The position numbers and the translations under genes are program-made. The notes under the pieces are model-generated. The model was given only the letters and a program-made list of their open reading frames with translations. It was not told where the DNA came from and did not search any database. From assembly GCA_963830915.1 (NCBI GenBank), contig CAWHOE010000074.1:1-12085 (forward strand): a stretch of 12,085 nucleotides of DNA. Reading direction: 5' to 3'. The DNA is from a candidate division FCPU426 bacterium (lineage in GTDB: Bacteria > Oederibacteriota > Muellerivitia > Muellerivitales > Muellerivitaceae). Positions 6,781 through 12,085 of the stretch are shown here, in pieces (position 1 is the stretch's first letter; the number at the start of each line of letters is the position of its first letter).

Positions 6781-9700
6781 TTACAACCATTTCGGTCAGG
6801 GCTGCAGTGACAGCCTTTGCCGGGCCCAGGCGGATGCCATGGTCTCCAGCGGCATGGCGGCCGCCGGGTACCAATACATCAACATCGACGATTCCTGGAT
6901 GGCTTCGAGCCGGGTGAACGGCCATCTGGTGGCCAATGCCACCAAGTTCCCCAATGGGATCGCGGCCGTGGCGGCCTATGTCCATTCCAAGGGCTTGAAA
7001 CTGGGGATCTACGAGGACCACGGCACCGCGACCTGCCAGGGTTATCCGGGTTCCTATGGTTACGAGACGGTCGATGCCAACGATTTCGCCTCCTGGGGCG
7101 TGGATTTCCTGAAGGAGGACAATTGCAACCTCCCTGGTGGCGATAACGCCCAGCAGGATTACCAGAAAATGGCGAACGCCCTGGTGGCGACCGGACGGCC
7201 CATCTATTTCAACCTTTGCGCCTGGGCTTTCCAAAGCTGGATGCCGTCGGTCGGGAACAGTTGGCGAACGACCGGCGATATTTCGGACAATTGGACCAGC
7301 ATCATGAACAACGTGGACACCAATGAGAATTCCGCTTCCGCGGCCGGGCCCGGGGGTTGGAACGACCCCGATATGCTGGAGGTCGGCAACGGGGGAATGA
7401 GCTCCACCGAGGACCAAAGTGAATTCACGATGTGGTGCGAAATGGCATCGCCCCTGATCGCGGGGAACGACCTAACCAACATGTCCACGGCCACCCTGAA
7501 CATCCTGACGAACGGCGAGGCCATCGCGGTGGATCAGGACCCAGTCGGGAACCAGGGGGTCAAGGTTGCGGATAACGGATCCGGTTTGCAGGTTTATTCG
7601 AAGATCCTTCAGGGAACCAATACCCGCGCGGTGGTTCTCCTGAACCGGAGCGGCTCCACGGCCGTCATCACGGCCAATTGGAGCGCCATCGGGATACCTT
7701 CGGGTTCGGCCTCGGTCAGGGATTCGTGGGCCCATGCCGACCTGGGAAGTTTCACCAATAGCTATTCGGCCACGGTCGTTTCCCACGGCTCGGCGATGCT
7801 GAAGATCGTCAGTGGAGGCACGCCGATTCCCACGCCCACTTTCACGTCCACCCCCACCCCAATCGTCGCCTCCACTTGGCGCGTGAACGCGGGCGGCGCG
7901 GCCTATACGGATACGACCGGCAACCTCTGGTCGGCTGACACGAACTTCACGGGCGGGACCGCGGCGAACCAGGGAACCACCATCAATGGAACCGTCAACC
8001 CGACCCTCTATGACACCCAGCGCTACGGCGGTAGTTTCACGTATGTGTTCAATGTTCCCGCCGGGAATTACCAGACCAGCCTCTTGTTCGCCGAAACCTA
8101 CCCGGGCGATTTCGCGGCCGGGGACCGGGTGTTCAATGTGCTGGTCAACGGGGTCACGGTCCTGGCGAACCTGGATGTCTACGCCCAGGCCGGGGCCAAT
8201 ACGGCGCTGAACGAAGTGCTCAACAACCTGGCGCCCAGCGGCGGAGCGATCACGCTCCAGTTCGTCGGGACCGCCAGCAAGGACGGCAACGCCGTGGTGG
8301 AGGCCATACAAATCGTTCCCCAGCCTCCGACTCCCACCCCCACGAACAGCATCACCTCCACGCCGACGCGAACGCTGACCTTTACGCCTACGGCGACAAA
8401 TACGTTCACGTCAACGGTCACGAATACGGCGGTACCGCCCACGGTCACGGCGACGAATACACCGGTGCCTCCGACCGTGACGAATACGGCTACCGTGACG
8501 TCCTCTTCAACGGAAACGGCTGTGCCGCCTACCGCAACCGTGACATCGACGAATACGGCGATCCCGCCCAGTGCGACAGCCTCCCAAACCCCAACCAATA
8601 CCTATACGTTTACTGGGACGGCGACCCCAACCAATAGTCCGGTGCCTCCGTCGCCCACTCCCACCTCGACATTCACGCCGGTGCCGCCCACTTTCACCTC
8701 AACGGCCACGGATACGTCGGTTCCGCCTACGATGACCAACACACCCGCGCCGCCCACAGCGACCAATACGGTGGTACCGCCAACGGCGACAGGGACAAAC
8801 ACACCCTTGCCGCCGAGCCCGACTGCCACCCCTACCCCCACTTGGACAAGGACTGTCACGCCCACCTTCACGTCGACCTGGACGGTGACACCTGTCCCGC
8901 CCACACCGACCTTCACGGCGGTCCCTCCCCCAGGTTCCTTCACGGTCGATTTGATCTCGTCGGTGACCAGTGATTCCACCAACAGTCCCCATCCCTGGAT
9001 CGAGGTGGTGAATACGGGGAACGTGCCCTTGAACCTGAACAATGTGGAAGCGCGCTACTGGTTCAACAGCGATTCGTCGAATCAGACAGTCCAGAGCTGG
9101 GTGGATTGGGCTGGTTTGATGCCAGCCGGGACCTCGGTGACCAGCGATGTGCAGGTCACGGTCCTGCCGACCACCCTGGGAGGCCAGACCAACTACGTGA
9201 GCTATAAGTTCACGGGCAGCCTGGTCTTGCAGCCTGGCCAGATGATCCAGATCCAGAGCCGATTCAACCTGAGCAACTGGGCGAACATGCTTCAGGATAA
9301 CGACTGGAGCTTCGCTGCCTATACCTCCTACACGCCCGCGACCCACGTGACCGGTTACCTGGGCGGGACGCTGGTGTGGGGTCAGGAACCCTCCAGTTCC
9401 TCCTCGGCCCTGAAGGCGGCCAGCGTGACCGCCTACCCGAACCCCTCCACGGGGACGGGAGTCGACCTGGCGGTCAACTTGTCGGGCAACACGACGGGTT
9501 CCACGGGAGTGGGTGTGTCGGCCAAGGCTTATACCGGAACCAGTAGCTTTGTGGACCCCTCAGCACTGATCACCCTGAAGGTCTACACCATCGCGGGCCG
9601 GCTGATCTGGTCCAGGACCCTGACGGGGGCCTCCTTCGGGTCGTCGGGTAATCACGACATCTATTGGAATGAGAAGGATTTCGCGGGTGGGAACCTGGCG

Positions 9701-9784
9701 AGCGGCCTGTACATCGTGTCCTGCGCGGTGAAGTCGCTGGGCCAGACCAACACGGTCCTCTCCAAACTGTTGATCTTGAAATAA
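6767..9784 (+). CDS. GH27 alpha-galactosidase-like domain + C-terminal beta domain + malectin + Thr/Pro linker + CBM3 + YPNP C-terminal domain; probably the continuation of the upstream GH5 ORF
   Basis: GH27 motifs: 'MGWNNYN', 'INIDDSW', 'HSKGLKLGIY', nucleophile 'DFLKEDNC', acid/base 'WRTTGDI', 'WNDPDMLEVG'. Malectin 7874-8323. CBM3 ~8939-9391 ('IEVVNTGNVPLNLNNVEARYWF...NDWSF...LVWGQEP'). CTD ~9425-9781. No signal peptide and no clear SD before ATG 6767. Confidence 0.92.
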   Translation: MGWNNYNHFGQGCSDSLCRAQADAMVSSGMAAAGYQYINIDDSWMASSRVNGHLVANATKFPNGIAAVAAYVHSKGLKLGIYEDHGTATCQGYPGSYGYETVDANDFASWGVDFLKEDNCNLPGGDNAQQDYQKMANALVATGRPIYFNLCAWAFQSWMPSVGNSWRTTGDISDNWTSIMNNVDTNENSASAAGPGGWNDPDMLEVGNGGMSSTEDQSEFTMWCEMASPLIAGNDLTNMSTATLNILTNGEAIAVDQDPVGNQGVKVADNGSGLQVYSKILQGTNTRAVVLLNRSGSTAVITANWSAIGIPSGSASVRDSWAHADLGSFTNSYSATVVSHGSAMLKIVSGGTPIPTPTFTSTPTPIVASTWRVNAGGAAYTDTTGNLWSADTNFTGGTAANQGTTINGTVNPTLYDTQRYGGSFTYVFNVPAGNYQTSLLFAETYPGDFAAGDRVFNVLVNGVTVLANLDVYAQAGANTALNEVLNNLAPSGGAITLQFVGTASKDGNAVVEAIQIVPQPPTPTPTNSITSTPTRTLTFTPTATNTFTSTVTNTAVPPTVTATNTPVPPTVTNTATVTSSSTETAVPPTATVTSTNTAIPPSATASQTPTNTYTFTGTATPTNSPVPPSPTPTSTFTPVPPTFTSTATDTSVPPTMTNTPAPPTATNTVVPPTATGTNTPLPPSPTATPTPTWTRTVTPTFTSTWTVTPVPPTPTFTAVPPPGSFTVDLISSVTSDSTNSPHPWIEVVNTGNVPLNLNNVEARYWFNSDSSNQTVQSWVDWAGLMPAGTSVTSDVQVTVLPTTLGGQTNYVSYKFTGSLVLQPGQMIQIQSRFNLSNWANMLQDNDWSFAAYTSYTPATHVTGYLGGTLVWGQEPSSSSSALKAASVTAYPNPSTGTGVDLAVNLSGNTTGSTGVGVSAKAYTGTSSFVDPSALITLKVYTIAGRLIWSRTLTGASFGSSGNHDIYWNEKDFAGGNLASGLYIVSCAVKSLGQTNTVLSKLLILK
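7850..8326 (+). repeat. Malectin-module direct repeat, copy 2
   Basis: See copy 1. A 42-bp identical linker block also occurs at 6613-6654 and 8435-8476. Confidence 0.95.
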
Positions 9785-9829
9785 AGGGTTGTACCGAGGT
9801 CGGCATACCGCTGGGTCGACGTGCGCTAG

Positions 9830-9860
9830 ACCCCAGGTTCAAAAGAACCTGGGGTTTTTT
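9830..9860 (+). terminator. Rho-independent terminator of the glycoside hydrolase operon
   Basis: Perfect 11-bp stem ACCCCAGGTTC / GAACCTGGGGT with an AAAA loop, followed by TTTTT(ATTTATTT). It lies between the convergent GH27 and TetR stop codons. Confidence 0.9.
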
Positions 9861-9862
9861 AT

Positions 9863-10552
9863 TTATTTATCAATCCGCCCGGAAGGCGGCAGGCGGAGGC
9901 CGGCGATGAAGGTGTCGATGATCGTTTTCAGGGTGGCGCGGGCTTTCGGCTGGGTCACGCCCAGGGATTCCAGCTGATGGCCGATCAAGAGCATGGTCAA
10001 GCCGTGGACCGCGGAAAAGCACATGACCGCGGCTGAGTGAACATCCGTCTCCGGATGGATGGACCCCTCTTTTTTCAACTCGTTGAAGATCTCGATGGGT
10101 GATTCGAAGGCGCGCATGCCGGCTTGGATGAGTTCGGGATGATTCTCGGCGTGGGGAGGCAGAAGCTCCCCTGTGAACATGGTCAGGAATTGGTCGGTCT
10201 CTTCCAAAGCGAATTCCACGTAGGCCCAGGACCGATCATGGAGCTGGGCGGTGGGGGAAAGGCCGGGTGAGGCCGAGGCTTCCAGGTGTCCCGTCAATTT
10301 CTGGAAACCCTCCGTGGCGATGGCCGCCAGGAGCGATTCCTTGTTGGGGAAGTGCCGGTAGGGCGCGGCCTCGCTGACCCCGATCTTGCGAGCGACCTCC
10401 CGCAGGGAAAGGGAGGGAAGCCCCTGTTCCCGGATCATGTCCAGCCCGGTCGCGATCAAGGCCTGCCGCAAATTCCCGTGATGGTAATCCCCGGGGTTCT
10501 TGGTGTTGGTCTTGCCCGCGCTTGGTTTGTCCTTCGCTTTCCTCGTTTTCAT
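9863..10552 (-). CDS. TetR/AcrR-family transcriptional regulator (WHG-type C-terminal domain), 229 aa
   Basis: 'YHHGNLRQALIATGLDMIREQGLPSLSLREVARKIGVSEAAPYRHFPNKESLL' is a classic TetR HTH. The C-terminal 'AYVEFAL...F..MF...FSAVHGLTML' resembles the WHG domain. ATG at 10552-10550 is preferred over the ORF-track start at 10585, which lies within the promoter/operator. Confidence 0.95.
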   Translation of the reverse strand: MKTRKAKDKPSAGKTNTKNPGDYHHGNLRQALIATGLDMIREQGLPSLSLREVARKIGVSEAAPYRHFPNKESLLAAIATEGFQKLTGHLEASASPGLSPTAQLHDRSWAYVEFALEETDQFLTMFTGELLPPHAENHPELIQAGMRAFESPIEIFNELKKEGSIHPETDVHSAAVMCFSAVHGLTMLLIGHQLESLGVTQPKARATLKTIIDTFIAGLRLPPSGRIDK

Positions 10553-10558
10553 GACCGG

Positions 10559-10567
10559 ATTATAGCA
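10559..10567 (-). promoter_or_regulatory. Extended -10 promoter (TG-C-TATAAT) for tetR, probably giving a leaderless mRNA
   Basis: The minus strand reads ...aacaTGcTATAATccggtcATG: a perfect extended -10 with only 6 nt before the ATG and no SD. Confidence 0.7.
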
Positions 10568-10648
10568 TGTTAACAGCGTAAACAAAAAGCTTGACTTGCT
10601 CGTTCTTTATGTTAACATTACAAACATAGATGTTAACGATGTAAACAT
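10567..10648. promoter_or_regulatory. Three 19-bp quasi-palindromic operators ATGTTAAC-N3-GTAAACAT (10567-10585, 10609-10627, 10630-10648), probable TetR sites
   Basis: ATGTTAACagcGTAAACAA, ATGTTAACattACAAACAT and ATGTTAACgatGTAAACAT lie in the AT-rich region between the divergent tetR and tolC-like genes and overlap both promoters. Confidence 0.8.
10591..10618 (+). promoter_or_regulatory. Putative sigma70 promoter for the TolC-family operon (-35 TTGACT; TGn-TAACAT -10)
   Basis: TTGACT at 10591-10596, a 16-nt spacer, and TAACAT at 10613-10618 preceded by TG. The -10 lies within operator 2. Confidence 0.5.
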
Positions 10649-10661
10649 AAAGAGGCCAGCC

Positions 10662-12042
10662 ATGAAAACCCCAGAATACCAGACCCATCGGCGTTATCCT
10701 TTCCTTCCTGCTGTTCCTGCCTTCACTCGCTTGTTCCTCGGAAGGCCCGGGCGGGGTCGGCGGGTTGACCCTGAAAGAGGCCGTGTCGGAAGCCCTGGCC
10801 CAGGCCCCGGAAATGACCCTCATGAGGGCGCGGGAGGATGAGGCGGGCTGGAGGGAGACCGAATCCCTGGCCGCTTTCCTGCCACAGATCGAGGCTGGCG
10901 CTTACCACGCCCTCGACACGGGGGACCCCCGAACGAATATCGACTTGATGGGCCTGGATATGCCCTTGACCCTGTCCCTGCCCCGTAACGCGGCCTTCGT
11001 CGGGGTCGTCCTGCCCCTCTTCGACGGTTTCAAGAACCTCAACCAGCATGAAGCCGCCGAATCCCTCCATCAAGCGGCGAGGCTGGAAAGGGAATGGGCC
11101 GAATTCAAGATGTCGGCCTCGGTGCGGGGCGCCTATTACCAGGCCCTGGCGGCCAAGCGCCTGGCCTCGGTCGCGGACCAGAATCTGGCGACCCTTTCCG
11201 ACCATTTGGACCATGTGAAAGCCAGCCGAAAGGGCGGGACGGCTACGGACTACGATGTGCTGAGGGTGGAAGTTCAATATGACGAGGCCCGGACCCAGAA
11301 GATCAACGCCTGGGACAACGTGGAGATCACCCGCCTGCGCCTCGCCCGGGCCATGGGTGTTCCGGGGGATCGAAGGGAATTATCGGACGACCTGCCCGTT
11401 CCAGAGGACCCCGCCCTGGTCCTGGCGCGGCTGCGACCCGGCCTGGCGGGCCGCAAGGACCTGAAGGCCGTGGACCTGACCGCCGATTCGGCCCGCCGGG
11501 CCGCGAGCGCGGACGCCGCCTTTTGGGTGCCCACGATCGGGGTGGCGGGCACCTACGCCTGGTACAACACACAAGAGGAAGCCATCAGCGGGGTGAACTA
11601 CCAGGACATGTATACCGTGGGGGTCTTCGCCCAGTGGAACCTTTTCGACGGGGGCGCGTCCCTCTCCCGTTCCGGGGAAGCGGACGCCCGCCGCGTCCAG
11701 GCGGAAGCCGCCCAGAAGATGAAGGACGAGGACATCTCCGTGGACCTGGGGACGGCGGAACGCCGGTACGGGGTGGGTTTTGAGCTTTACAAGACGGCGG
11801 CGGCGGATATCCAGAAATCCGAGGAAAGCGTCCGGATGGCCCGGGAAGGGTTCCAGCAGGGGGTCCGCACCGTCAGCGAGCAACTGGACGCCCAGAGCGA
11901 CCTGTTCCGGGCCAGGGCCAATGAGGTCAACGCGAGGCTCATGTCGGCCGAGGCCCTTTTGGGGATGGAACTGGCCACCGGCCAGAACCTGAGCCAGGTC
12001 ACGGGGAAGGAAATCCCCCGAACAGTTACGGAAGATAAATAA
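10662..12042 (+). CDS. TolC/outer-membrane efflux protein (OEP) family; true start probably ATG 10662, separated from the main frame by one extra base near 10665-10680
   Basis: The main ORF (10765-12042) has OEP features: 'LTLKEAVSEAL', 'LPLFDG', 'VRGAYY', 'DVLRVEV', 'QWNLFDGG', 'FQQGVRTVSEQLDAQ', 'LATG'. Its frame extends upstream to 10666 as KPQNTRPIGVILSFLLFLPSLACSS, a signal peptide without a start codon, while SD AAGAGG + ATG 10662 sit one base out of frame. Confidence 0.88.
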
Positions 12043-12060
12043 GAAAGGAAGGTGGCCGCC

Positions 12061-12085
12061 ATGACCAAGAACGAGAATGAAACGG
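12061..12085 (+). CDS. 5' end of the next operon gene (MTKNENET...), truncated by the window; by context possibly a membrane-fusion/efflux component
   Basis: SD-like AAGGAAGG precedes ATG 12061, 18 nt after the TolC stop. The product is inferred from context only. Confidence 0.5.

Noticed and set aside
8327..8935. CRISPR-like or tandem DNA repeat in the linker
   Set aside because: Repeats such as ACGAATAC and CCGGTGCC are degenerate, in frame and irregularly spaced, reflecting protein-level repeats with no repeat-spacer structure.
9830..9862. Bidirectional use of the terminator by tetR
   Set aside because: On the minus strand the hairpin is followed by CTAGCG rather than a U-run, so only + strand termination is supported.
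10553..10585. Extended TetR start (MFTLLTCYNPV) from the ORF track
   Set aside because: It runs through operator O1 and the extended -10 element. ATG 10552 fits better.
10596..10841. 81-aa + strand ORF overlapping the TolC start
   Set aside because: This is the out-of-frame continuation of the probable TolC ATG (10662), better explained by the single-base shift.

Overview
GC-rich bacterial window holding a plant-cell-wall degradation locus followed by a TetR-controlled efflux module. On the + strand: the 3' part of an AraC-family regulator, then an intergenic region with a well-formed sigma54 (-24/-12) promoter next to a LacI/cre-type operator. This is followed by an apparent operon: a stand-alone PilZ protein, a possible 25-aa coupling ORF, a secreted GH74 xyloglucanase (about 250-aa Thr-rich linker, YPNP-type C-terminal domain), and a GH5 ORF plus a GH27 ORF. 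The GH5 and GH27 ORFs look like one ~1593-aa enzyme (signal peptide-GH5_2-malectin-linker-GH27-malectin-linker-CBM3-CTD) split by a single extra base near 6748-6762. An intrinsic terminator closes the operon. A convergent TetR gene (probably leaderless) is divergent from a TolC-family gene. The TolC start and signal peptide are also offset by a single extra base, and three phased 19-bp operators lie between TetR and TolC. A further gene begins at the right edge. The two +1 shifts could be assembly indels or real. No RNA genes, mobile elements or CRISPR arrays were seen.
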